Shown here: positions 23,698-35,700 of the stretch, one piece after another
How positions within the stretch are numbered: the first letter of the stretch is position 1
How the letters are laid out: each line of letters starts with the position of its first letter
Origin: Amoebophrya sp. A120
Lineage: Eukaryota; Protista; Dinoflagellata
Length of the DNA: 64,000 bases
Direction: 5' to 3'
NCBI GenBank assembly: GCA_905178155.1
Contig: CAJINV010000004.1
Location: 8,578,882-8,642,881, forward strand
Notes under the pieces: model-generated
The model's database searches: none
Seen by the model: only the letters and a program-made list of their open reading frames with translations
What the model was told of the DNA's origin: nothing
Translations under genes and position numbers: made by a program

Positions 23698-26600
23698 TCA
23701 CCCGACGCGCACCCGCTTGGCTTGCGGCTCGTACTGCTGGTCGTCCCCGAGGTCGCCAAAAACGATATTCCCGCCCGATTCCAGTCCCTCGTCTACGTTG
23801 CTGGCGTGTTGCGGCTCGACGTCCTCGAACTTGGCGTTTCTAGGCTTCGTCTTGCCCTGCTCCAGATCGTCGAGTAGGACCAAGTCGTATGAAATGCAAA
23901 AGCATCGCACTAGTACAAATCGCATGAAAAATCTCCTCAGCATGAAAAATAAAATTTGTAATGCGGATTTCACTTGAGAAAGAAATTTGTAATGCATGAA
24001 CGCGATTAGCACGAGTACGATACTTTTGCACAGGATAAGTCGTTCGCTTGCGGCTTGCCCCGCTGGTTCAGGACGATCATGAATTGTACCTGTTTTCCGA
24101 CTATGCATTGCAAAAGTATCGCACTCGTATAAATGCATTACAAATCTCCTCAGCATGAGAAATAAAATTTGTAATGCGGATTTAGCTTCAGAAAAAAAAA
24201 TTGTAATGCATGATTGCAATATGAGTACGATCCTTTTGCAGTTCATACCGACCAGCGAGGGGAGATTCTGGTCCATGGGCGTGTCCGCAATGTCGAGGTA
24301 TTTGCTATCAAATGTAAAAATGTCTGGGTCTGGAAGAATGCAACTTGTCATGCTAAATCTGAAGCATGCAAAAATCTGTGTTGCATGATTACCAAAAGTC
24401 GTCCAGTTTTTCCCAAGTCGGGAGGGAGTTTCTCATGCAGGATAGGCATGAGAGAGATCGCACAGAGTCTGCCATGCTAGGTCCTGCATTCCAGATCTCA
24501 TGGGTCATGGAAAAGCTGCATGACAAATCGCGCATTCTTCCAGGCCCAGACATATTTGCATTTGATATTTGCACAGCTTGATCAATTCGTTTTTGTGGAG
24601 AAATACATCGTATGCATATTGCAAAAGTACCGTACAACTCGTTGTAGTCGTACTTCTAATTGCAGTCATGCATTCAGAAATATCCTTCTTAGGCTAAATC
24701 TGCATTACAAATTCCGTTTCTCATATTGAAGGCATTATTTGTCATGCGATTTATACTACTAGTAGTAGTACGATTTGCTTTTACAAAATGCATACGTCGC
24801 ACCCAAAGTGGTCAAACAGGTCAGGGCACTGCAGAAACCCGAAGCCCTTGCTATACCCTGCTCAGCTGTTACAATCTCAAACGTTACAATAGAATATGGA
24901 AATCTGTGATGCGCGAGTGCATGATCTATCCAACTCTCACAGGATTGCGCATGACAAGTTTCGGAGCCCCAAACCGCACTAGAATCTGGAGAAATTTGTG
25001 TTGCAGAAAGTGGAACGCTCTGCGATTCTGTCATGCTCATCATGCAAGACAAATTCCAGACTCTATTGTAACGTTTGAGATTGTAACGTTTGAGCGGGTC
25101 ATACTTGCTCTCGTTGAAGCTCTTGATCAGCCCTGTGTGCGGCCCCGGCGACACTGTCTGGAGCTTGCTCTCGGCTTGGGCTACCAGCTCCGCGGTTTTA
25201 CCTTCATCAGAGATTTGAGTTTATTAACTTTACGTGACTTTTTCATGGAGTTTCTGAACCTGTTCATCAGGAGGAACTAAGTTTCTACTTGAAGAGTGCA
25301 ACATGAAAACACGAACTCTATCATCTGATGAATCGGGATAAAAATAGTACCGAGTATGACCGCCTGTGGGTTGTTTGTCTTTGGGCAGAGGCGGACCGTG
25401 AAGGTCACCTCGTCTCCCACTTTCAATCCGTGATTCTCCACTTCCTGCTTATTCAAAAAGGTGTCGCGCTGGAAGTGCGATTTCACGTCGCTGCAGTCCA
25501 CGAAACCGTACCCCTTGTCCGTGTTGTATTGTGAGGAAAAATCCCCCCTCCCCATATTGAAAAGGCGTGCTCTTCAACATTTGTGATGCTGATTTGTGGC
25601 AACAAATCGAGTCCGTCTTGCAAGAGAGCCAAGCCAGGGCGTCCGCTGCATTTCGGAGGCGATTTGTAATGCTGCTACGCTACTAGGGCAGACGTCTGCC
25701 ATGCTAAGGACCTACACCAAGCCACCCCTTTCCGGGCTGAGCACCTACACCCATCTGTATGCAGTCCTCCACCGCAAGACAAATCCGATTTGTGTACACA
25801 AATCCTGCATCACAGATTTCCATTTCGATATGGGGAGGGAGGATTTTTCCTTTTGATATGTTGTAACTCTTCACGACGCCCGTGTACTCCTTGTTAATGT
25901 TAAACTTGTCCGCACTGTTGTTCGTGCCTTGCTGAGACTGGTGGAAGTGCGACCCGTATGGATTGCAAACATGTCTGGGTCTGGAAGAGTGGAACTTGTA
26001 ATGCTGTCTGCGGATTCTAGAAATATCTGTGTTGCATGAGCAGTAAGAGGAGTCAGCTCTTGGCACGCGGAGAGGGCATTTGTGATGCGTGATTAGCATC
26101 AACAACCTCTCAAAAAATCTGTGATGCTAGCACCAGCATCACAGACCTCACGGGTCATGCAAAATGTGCATGACGAGCCCCGACTCTTCCAGACCCAGAC
26201 AGTTTTGCAGTTGATAACCCGCCGCCGTGCTGCTGGTATCGTGCTTGGCCCACCGCCGCGGGAATCACCGTAGTGGTCGGGTACCTGCAGTAGTTGAATT
26301 TTTATGGGTAAAAGTATAAACGGAAAATAAACAGGTCTGAAATGCAGTGGGAATGTGAATGATCCGACCGAGGACTGTATACTACATCTAGATCTTCTAC
26401 ATTTTGAAGCAACCTCACAAGTACAATCTATGTCAACTATACATACAAGTATAAAAAGTAATTATACCCTCCATGTCCGTTTTGTGGGAACATATCCTCC
26501 GCTTTTATCAGTCCCCGCGCCTGCGGTTTCCCCTGTTCTGACAGCACGAAGTCAAAGTAAACGAAGTCGCCCACCCGGAAGTTGAGCGCTTGTGTGTAGT

Positions 26601-29106
26601 GAAGGAACACGTCGGAGGAGTTATACATGCGGCCGGCCTGTTGATTTTAGCATTTTTCCCTCAAAGTAATCCAAACGAATTTTTGAGTATGAAAAGCTGG
26701 TTGTACCAAAGGTTCTTGCATAAAAAAAAAGATACTACGATGTTGAAGTTGAACCATCTATATTTTTTACGCATGATAAAAGGCACCAATAATCTATCGC
26801 CGCAAAATAAACAGGTAAGTAGGTAAGTACGTCATCGCTCTGCACGAAGCCGAAGCCTTTCTCCTGGTTGAAGGTTCGAATTTGTCCAAACAACTTGCCC
26901 TCTATCGCCGTTTGCGCGTGCGATCGTTTGTTCTGCGGCGGCTGTATCCTGGCATTGTTCTGCGGCGCGTGGAGGTAACCGCTGTGGTGCGCGGGGAAAT
27001 GCGCTTGGGGCTGGAGGTTGGGAGAGTTGCTTGGGGTGACGTATGCAGGAGGAAAATAAAAGCGGCGTTTTAGTGTTATGGCTTCTTGGACTAGTACGGA
27101 CAACATGCCAAATTATGTGCAGCGGTGCGTCGCGACAGGGATCATGACCTTTAATTGCTGTCGTGCGTCGCTCGTATTTTTAGTGCAGACCAAAACAACA
27201 CAACAAACATCCATATAAAAAGAGGATATTAGTATAAAGCGTATTGGTGGTCCGGCATGACAATTTTCACTGGCTGCATTTGTTCTTGCATGTGGTTCGC
27301 AAAATTACAGACACTTACACTAGAACAGTTTTTCACACAACTTGGATACAGTGTACTGGGAATGCACCGAGTGGTTGTTCGATGCGTAGGAATTATTGTT
27401 TTTCCCTCCTCTGTAGTTTCCGCCTTTTCCGTATCCAAAAAAAAAAACTGTGTCAGTGTACAACCGTTCGTGGATGAGGCTGCGTCACGATTAATAATGA
27501 ATTTGTTCTGCATGACAGAGAAAACAACCTGTCATGCGTTGCTAGGAGACGACGCGACAACATACGTATGACGAACTTGCGGCTATGATACGGGTGCCGT
27601 TCGGCAAGCCAAGCTCTAGTTGTAGTTTTGCTCCATACTTATGCTATGCAAATGGAAATCGAAATGCAAGTGCAACTAAACGCAGCTAACACAATTACAC
27701 AGTCACAGTTTATCTTTTTTGCATATTCCGCCGGTCGTGTAGGTCACCGGCGGGTTACTCACGTGACCGTTGTATCAAGTGCAAAAGTGTCTGGGTCTGG
27801 GTCTGGGAGATTGCCAGGTTTGTCTTTGTCATGCATATTTTGCATAAACCCATGATGCCTGTAATGCATGACCCAGCATCAAAGATTTTTAGAGAGCCTT
27901 CTGATGCGTATTCCGCATGAGAAACGCCCACTCCGCGTAGCACAAAGTGAACTTCTCTTGCTGGTCAGACAATACAGATTTTTTTTACCTTCCAAAGACA
28001 GCATCACGAGTTGCAACTTTCCACACCCAGACATATTTGCATTTGATACGTTGCCGCCGAAATTTCTCCCGACGTTGCCGCCCCCGCCTCCGTGCGGAAT
28101 CACCTTGCTCACATTGATATGCAGTGCAAAAGTATCGTACTAGTACTATAAATTGCATTACAAATTAGGCCAGCATTTTTCCAAGTTAAACTTCCAATGC
28201 GGATTTGCCTTAAGAAAAAGATTTGTAATGCAGAAATGCAACTAGTACGAGTACGATACTTTTGCATTGCATAATTGACGGCACGCGGCTGCCCACGATC
28301 CGACGTCTGCACCTCAAACCGAACCTCGTTCGCGTATCCAGTGCAAAACAATAACAAGCGCACTCATGCCTAAATCCCAGAAGTATCCAACCACTCCACA
28401 GTACGTGCCCATCGAGATAATATCGCTATCGATATAATCATCGGAAAAAGGAATTAATTCAAGAACATCGAAAATAAACCATCGCCTCTTGTGAGGTCGA
28501 CGTGCGAAGAAAGAATACAAGTTTGCATGCCAACATCAAGCATGCTGAAGCCGAGCTGGAAGGGCATCTGGAGGTTGTGTGGTAGAAAGAAAAATTTGAT
28601 CTAGTGCACATCGATCTTCGATTTACACAGGATATCCCGACCTCGCACTTAGCGGCTTCGAACTCCATTCGGTGAAGAAAAACATCGCGGTGGTACTCTT
28701 GGTAAATGTATCACTTGGAAAACAAGTAAAAACCCAAACACGACCCATGATACCACTCAAGACTTTAATTTTTTCTTTAATGCGACGGTGACAAGGCAAA
28801 AAACAAGAGGCAAAAAATAATCCAGCTGCATTACACAAAATTGTTCTCTGAGCTGAGCCACGGGAGTTTTGTTGTCCTTTTTCCATTGGATAAAGTGTCG
28901 GGACAGTCAATGAAGCCGTAGCCGTTACCTTCGTGTTTTTTTTTTGCAATTTTTTTTCCTCAGGATTGAAAAGAAAAAGCACATCGGCAGTAGCATTGGG
29001 AGATCAGCAAGCTGTTGTGGGCTAAATTAGTGTCGTATTAATAGCAATCTCGTAGTTGTGTACCGGCATTGTAGCTTTTCACGATTCCGATGTAGGCGCG
29101 GCTCAT
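23698..29106 (-). CDS. Multi-cold-shock-domain (OB-fold) RNA-binding protein with at least 3 CSDs; start uncertain (could be ~29350)
   Basis: YIGIVKSYNA-GNGYGFI..RDVFLH, GQIRTFNQEKGFGFV..DVFLH and GVVKSYNTDKGYGFV..DTFL..GDEVTF; 9 introners. Confidence 0.82.
23888..24037. mobile_element. Introner family C
   Basis: C-type TIRs; TSD AGTCG. Confidence 0.9.
24102..24247. mobile_element. Introner family C
   Basis: C-type TIRs; TSD CCGAC. Confidence 0.9.
24306..24567. mobile_element. Introner family A
   Basis: A-type TIRs; TSD TTTGC. Confidence 0.92.
24611..24794. mobile_element. Introner family C, diverged
   Basis: Degenerate C-type TIRs; TSD CATCG/CGTCG. Confidence 0.75.
24852..25103. mobile_element. 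Introner with ~40-bp TIRs built from tandem 15-mers
   Basis: GTTACAATCTCAAACGTTACAATAG / CTATTGTAACGTTTGAGATTGTAAC; TSD CTTGC. Confidence 0.87.
25527..25858. mobile_element. Introner family D
   Basis: TATTGTGAGGAAAAATCCCCCCTCCCCATAT / ATATGGGGAGGGAGGATTTTTCCTTTTGATA; TSD TGTTG; removal gives KSYNTDKG. Confidence 0.92.
25957..26216. mobile_element. Introner family A
   Basis: A-type TIRs; TSD ACCCG. Confidence 0.92.
27773..28048. mobile_element. Introner family A
   Basis: A-type TIRs; TSD CGTTG. Confidence 0.9.
28118..28273. mobile_element. Introner family C
   Basis: C-type TIRs; TSD ATTGA. Confidence 0.9.
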
Positions 29107-32100
29107 TGTCGCTATGCATTGGAAATCCGCCGATCTGGGTTTGGATGCTTGTGAACATGCAAGAGTAGAGTTGTGTGATTCAAGAGCTGCGGACGCTAAG
29201 TTGTGGAAAAGAAGATCTGTATTTTTGCATCAAGAGGATTAAGTAGTACTAGTAACAGTAAGGTTTTCTCTACTCTTGCTGTGAAGCTTAACGCACGACG
29301 CATAAATACAGCCATGACTACAACTCGTCAACATGCATTACGGAACCATGGCATCAGGACCACCCAGAACGGTATCATCTCTTTTGCAGTTGATAGTCGC
29401 TAGCAGGGGTACTTATTTACTATCCTTCGGTTTTGTTGCCCCTCGCGTCGAACAAAGCGCCAGAAAAAAACGAAACACCCTCCACAATCGGCGTCGAAAA
29501 AGAACGCAAGTCTCGAAAAAAAAAACGCCCCGCCGCCCGAATTTTTATAGGAAGTACTTATCGCCGCCCCAAAGAAGATGAAGAAGGCAGTAGACCCCCG
29601 AAGATAATTCTTGTCGTTGTACTACAAAAATTGTAAACAAAGGTTGTGGCCTGCTCCGTGGCGGTGAAGAAGATTATCTTTCGCGTCCAATTTGGAACTA
29701 TGAGAGTGCACCCCTCCCCCCAGGCCCTCACTTGAATTGTAGTCGTAGTGCATTCTGCATCACAATTCTTCTGAAAATGGGTGATGATACTTACTACCGC
29801 ATGTCAACATGCAAAGCAGTAGCACAGGTCAAGGAAAAGAACCTGCTTTTCTTAAATACTCTGCAAGGGTGGGAAGATGCTGGTGGAGTTGTTGTGCACT
29901 CACATACAAAAACCGCCGAAAACAAAACGCGGACCTCCAAATTCTTGCCGTGTCCTCTGGAAGGTCCAAAAAGTTCTAAATGTTCCGGAAACAAACGCGG
30001 CGCGGGAAAGGTCGCGGCGGTGAAAAAGGGCAATTTGTGTATTGTTTCGGTCTTTTGTGAAAATTGGAAAAAAAAACACAAAGAAATCCAAACGGCAGAA
30101 AAAAATAGCTCGTTTTGCACAAAAAAATTTTTGACTGCAAAGAAATTTCGGGTCAGTGCGTGAAAAAAGTTGTGCCTTTTGAAAAAGAGATGAGCCTGGT
30201 GATGTTGTTTTTGAAAAATCTCAGAAGATGTATACTGACTTCGTAATTCAACATAATAGTGATTTGTAATGCATGTTTTCTGATATTTTCACTGACAGTC
30301 AAAAACGTCGTCGTCTTTATTCACGTCGCTTTGTAATCATTTCTCACTTTTCCTTCTGTCTGGTGTGACGAAATCTTGCGAGCGAGGTCCAGAAAACAAG
30401 GTCTTTTTCGTTTTCAGTGCTTGATGCTCTGATAAAAGGGACAGCTGCAGAAATAAAACCCTCTAAAAACACAGGATCTTTCGCGGGAAAACTTATGCAG
30501 AGTACAAAGGAACATCAGAGCAGTGGTAAGTACCAATTTCATTTTCGAATTTTTTGAAAAGACCCAGGGTACTAGTCTCCTGCAAAAGTTTCTTTGCAAC
30601 AGGTTCTCCATTTCTTCATTCCTCTAAATTTGTTACATCGTAAACGCACAAGAACAGAAAGGTAGCAGAAAAAAATCCTTGGGCGGCGGGTCGGCTCATT
30701 TGACAAAAAGAAATAGTAAAGAACCCAAGTAGCCACTTTTTATTTCATTTCGCATGCTGCAGCATCAGAAAGAAAGAAAATTCGGCGAATCACATTAAAT
30801 GATCTTGCTCGTCCTTTCGAGTCGCGCTCGCCTGGAGTCACAACTATAGCTGCGCGTAGTTCTGCAATTTCTGTTTGTCGCTTCCCTCACTTACACTTTC
30901 ATAGCTTTACATACTCACTTCTGTGTGGCTGAAGAGTTCTTGGATCAGCGATGTTGTAGCAATGTACTTTACTTATCTTTTTGTCTGGCTACTTATGTGG
31001 TACAAAAATTCCTTTCGGCCCTCGCACCAAGGCGTGTTTTTACAGCATAGCTCCACCTGCGCAGTGGGACGATAAACATCCACTGGTCTGTAGTACGTTT
31101 TCATTTGCTCCTTGAGCCGACAGAGAAATAATGAAGGAACTACAACACGCGCATTAATTCCCGATGAACGCCGGGCATCAGGCCCCGCTCCCTCCCATCC
31201 TGCGGCACGCAGCAAGCGGCAACACGGGTCATTCGGTTCCTTTCCGAAAGCATTTCACTATTTCATCTTCCTTTCTAAAACATGTCACAGCACCGCACCC
31301 CTGTTTGTGTTGCAGTTTGCGTCATTTGCCTGGTCACGGTGGTCATCTCTTCCGGGTCATGATATCAAAAGAGACGCCAAGACAAATTAAAATGCGTTTT
31401 TCAGGGAAAAGATGTCAGGAGTGCAAGGGGTGTCCTTGTTGTTGGTTGTGGAATAAAATAGGTAGAAAATAGGTAGTTCTTTAATTACGAACTGGTGCGC
31501 GACCAATAACAGCTTAAAGTTCGGGGGGAGTTGTTGTTGTACCCCTCCTAGTTACTACTAAGAGGGGTGCAACCTATGAAAATTGTTCGTTTTTTTTTTG
31601 CTGCGAGAGGTGGAAAATTTTAAAAGATGTAGTTTCTGCACCCTGTCTCTTACCTAGCGCTTCTCCAACAAAAAAGCCTCGACGAGCAGATTATGTCCAA
31701 GTGATCAACATCTTCAAACGCTTCTAAGATTACTGTATAAAACTTATTATAGTGAGGATATAAAGCTGACGCTGACTTGAATAGTACTGCACTCCAAAAT
31801 TCGACGAGTCTGTGATTGCGCTGCGGTTCTTCCACAAGCTTGTTTGTTTGTTTGTTGTGAGTGGTCACGTGGAATCCTCTTGAAAGTTTTTGCTTTCTCC
31901 TCACGTGGTTAGCGCTACTTCAACAAAAAGACAAGCTGGGCAAGCAACTTTTGGCTTGGGCCCTTATAGAAAAACTTTTTCTGCTGGACAACTACCTGAA
32001 CCTAGTGGAAGACAACGACACTACCTTACGTAAAGCTCTGAAAGTCATTTTTGAAAAGTAAACTGTTCTTGTTGAAAAAGGGAAAGAGAAAGTCTGAAAG

Positions 32101-32782
32101 TTGAGACGAGAAAAATAGAAGCTGTTGAAATTGAAAAGCTAGTTAAAATTTTACTGCAAAGTTGAGAAGGTTACAAAGCAGCGCAGTTCTAAAAAGTTAA
32201 AGCTTAGTCCTGTTTTTCGCTGTTGTAAGTTAAAACTTTGGGGCTTGTGCTTGTAGGAACTGTTTTTGTTTCTTTTTTAAATTTTAGTTATTCATCTTGC
32301 TTGTCGCTTATGCTGCAGGTCGTTGCGGGCCTGTCTTACGCTTTTTGCTTGTAGTTGCTGTCGTACACTAACACTTACGGATTGATTAAGTTTTTCTTTT
32401 CTACTTTTGCTTGCTGCTTCGGAGTTAACTTTTCCAAAAATTAAAATCATACACGACATCTTCTAAATGATAATGAACATGTTAGTAGCAAAGGGTGAAT
32501 AAAATATAGGTAGGGCCAAATCATAACTACAGAGCGGGTTCGTAACATGTAAATACGTATGTTAATCAGATCTTCGACGAGGTTGAGCCTCTTATTTGCA
32601 GCACTAACTTAGTGCTCGACATTTAGTTGCCGCATTTCAAACATGATGCTCTACATTTACTTGCACTCGCTGCAAATGTGATGAATTCTGTTGCCACTCA
32701 AGCACTGCTTGCACTTGCTCAAAATGTTGTACTGCTCGTCGGTCTATGGTAAAGAAAAATAACGGACTTCACTGAGCAGGAA

Positions 32783-35700
32783 TCAAAAGCTCAAAAGGAG
32801 CTGCACCGTCTCGACGCCGTTTGGGAAAGCCAGACCGTAACCTTCCGGAGGCATACTCGGGCTGGTGCTCTATCCTGAGAAAAAACATCCCCGCCCCATA
32901 GTTGTCATGCTAAACAGAAGTGCGACCCGCTATGCCTCCCCCTGTGCAAACGGCCGCAGATGGCTGTCACGCAAGGTTTGCACCTACAGGAACGGTTGTC
33001 ATGCGCGTTCCCATGAGAGTTAGTTGTCATGTTTGTGCATTTGTAATGCTGCAAACAGGACAAGCAGATAGATATGTGATACGGCTGTCCTTCTCCTTAT
33101 TCCCCTGATGTACTACAATACAGAGGGAACAAATAACTTGTGATGCGTCTGCCTTGCAAAATCCCAAGCTGGAATCTGTGATGGGGATGTTTTTACATAG
33201 GATACGTCCCAGCATTGATTTAGAAAGTACCCGTGCTGGTCCAAGGGGTTTCTGACGTACAAGGTATCCTGTGTAAAAACGAACCCACCCCCGAGTTGTC
33301 ATGCAAAATGGCATGCATACAAATACAATGTAGTTTCTCATGCGCAACCCAATGAGGAGCATCTTCTAATGCTACCTGGGTTGCATCATTTCCGATGCTC
33401 TAATATGGATAAGGTAATGGACTTGTGATGCGGCTGCGCTAGCTAATCACGACTATGCTGGAACTACCTCGCAGACTTGTCGTGCGCAAAAATACTGATC
33501 CAAACCTTGCTGATTTGTGTACTTCCTAGCAGGACCGCGAAAATCTTGACTCTGCTGAGGTGTCGTGAGCCCCGGCTTTTACACAGCATACCAGCGTTTC
33601 CCTTGACTTTCTCGCCCCAGCTCCTCATCGGCCTGATACTGGCCAAAGCGCTCCATCAAGTTCCTCCACTTGCCCTCAAAGGAATTGTCGTAGTTTTCCC
33701 GCAAAAATTTATGGGTTTTTTCCTTTTGTTCTTCCTTCTCGCTCAGGGAAGCCGGGAGTTGTAGTCGCGAGCAGGAGTTGTAGTCGCGAGCAAGAATTGT
33801 TCTCATTTAGATGTAGAGACATCGAAGAACGAGGACACAAAAACGCAAATAAGCGACAAAGAAATGAAGAGCAAGCCGAAACGACGCAACATGTTCGTGA
33901 CGCCGGCGTTGCGGGGTCTTTCCGTGTTTGTCATGACTGGTGGACTGACGTTGTGCTTCGGTTCGGTCTTTTTCTTGACGAATTCCATCCTCGTCGAGTT
34001 TGTGCTGGATCCGCTTGCGGCAAATACGGCCATCGCCCTGCCAGTTCGATTGGCGATCGAGCTTGCCATCTCCCTCCTGGTGTTTCTCATCTGGGTCCCC
34101 TTGGCGGCGCACTACTGGGGGAAATCCGTCGCGATTGCGATCTTTGTACCGCTGCCCTACTGGATTTCCGCCGAGGTCTACGAGGAGAGTCAGCAGCCGG
34201 GTAGTCATTTTGCCGGCGAGGGTGATGATGCAAAGCGGGAACGCGAAAAGCAGCGCAAACGCCGCATGAGGGAAACCTTCGAACATATTCCTTGAAAATC
34301 AACCATACCCATCCAATTTGTCACGTAAAACATGAAGGAAGTTCTGTGTTTGTCATGCAGATGCAAAGAAAGAATGGGGATGGTCAATTTTCAGGGAATA
34401 GAACAGATTAAGATCGTCTACTTCTTTTCGACAGACTTGATTCGCATCACGCTCGGACGGGGTATTTTGATGCGGTACAGTGGGTATTCGGTTTTGCTAC
34501 TCCTTCTCACCGACTTCGTCTACCACATGTGGCACTTTGGATTTCGCCAGCGCGAGTCTCTGCTGCTTTTCAGTGTGGTCGCCGCAGCAAAAAATCGCAA
34601 CGTCCGGCGAATGCAGTCGACGCGTTTTCCCGTCTGGTTTCGTGTGATCGACCTGTGGACGCAGTTTCGCAACCGCGCCCCACTCTGGTTCACGATAGGC
34701 TGGCATGAGACCTGGGATTTCGCGGAAATGCTTAGTATTCGGGAGACCGGGGAAGGGTTGAAGAAAACAACTGACGTATCATATGTAAAAACGTCCCCAC
34801 ACCAGAGTCAAGTTGGGAACCTAGGAAGACAAATCCACAAGTTTTGGGAGCCACGCATAAGAAGTTGCAGTCCGTAGTGTAGTGCATGTAAGCAAGGACC
34901 ACCGCATCACAAATCCATCTGCTTATCCTGTTTACAGCATTACAAATTCTAGAACTCGATTGGAAATGCCACTCATGGAGATGCGCATCACAAATCTTCC
35001 TGTAATCGCAAATCTGCATGATAACTATGGGGTGGGAATGGTTTTACTCAGGATATGACGACGATGCGCCCGATTCTGACGCCGACGATGACGACGACGA
35101 TGCTCAGGATATGACGACGACGATGACGCATGAACAGAACAACGATTAGCCCGATTCTGTCTTCGTCCACGACTCCCAGGACCGCGGTGCACGAACTCAA
35201 CAAGGAGCACCAGCAGCACGTCGATTCGACAACGCCGAGGGCGGTCGGCAGAAGCGAGACGGGGCTGAGAAGTGTCGTCGGTGAAAAGGACAAAGGAGAA
35301 AATGACAAGCAGATGATGTCGATGAGTACCGACTACGGAAAATCAAACACAAACACCTGCGACAGCACCCACCCGCCCCGGCCCGATGAGAAGCACCAGG
35401 ACGTCATGGGTTTTTTCCTTTTGTTCTCCGTTCTCGCTCAGGGAAGATGACAAATTTGAGTAGAGCGGAGACCCAGTTTGTCATGCTGTTTGGGTAAGGA
35501 AGACGCCTTCTGTCATGCTACTTTAGCAGCTCTATTTCTACTTCGAAACAGACTTACAATCTGCCTCCCTTGCCTACTCTGCAAGACAGGCAGTTTCTGC
35601 GTTGCATTTTATGCATGACAAACTATTTCAACTTTGACGATTTCAATCCTGACAATTCCATAGCGGCGGTGGGCCAAGCACGGTACCAGCAGCACGCCGG

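Larger units (their letters stand above)
33753..35405 (+). pseudogene. Captured genomic fragment of a multi-pass membrane protein gene
   Basis: Hydrophobic ORFs at 33864 and 34401-34776 join in frame after removing introner 34286-34400. Opposite strand to all resident genes and truncated at repeat copy 2. Confidence 0.7.

Noticed and set aside
28915-28930. CCGTAGCC resembling the dinoflagellate spliced leader
   Set aside because: The match stops after 8 nt and lies in a cold-shock exon.
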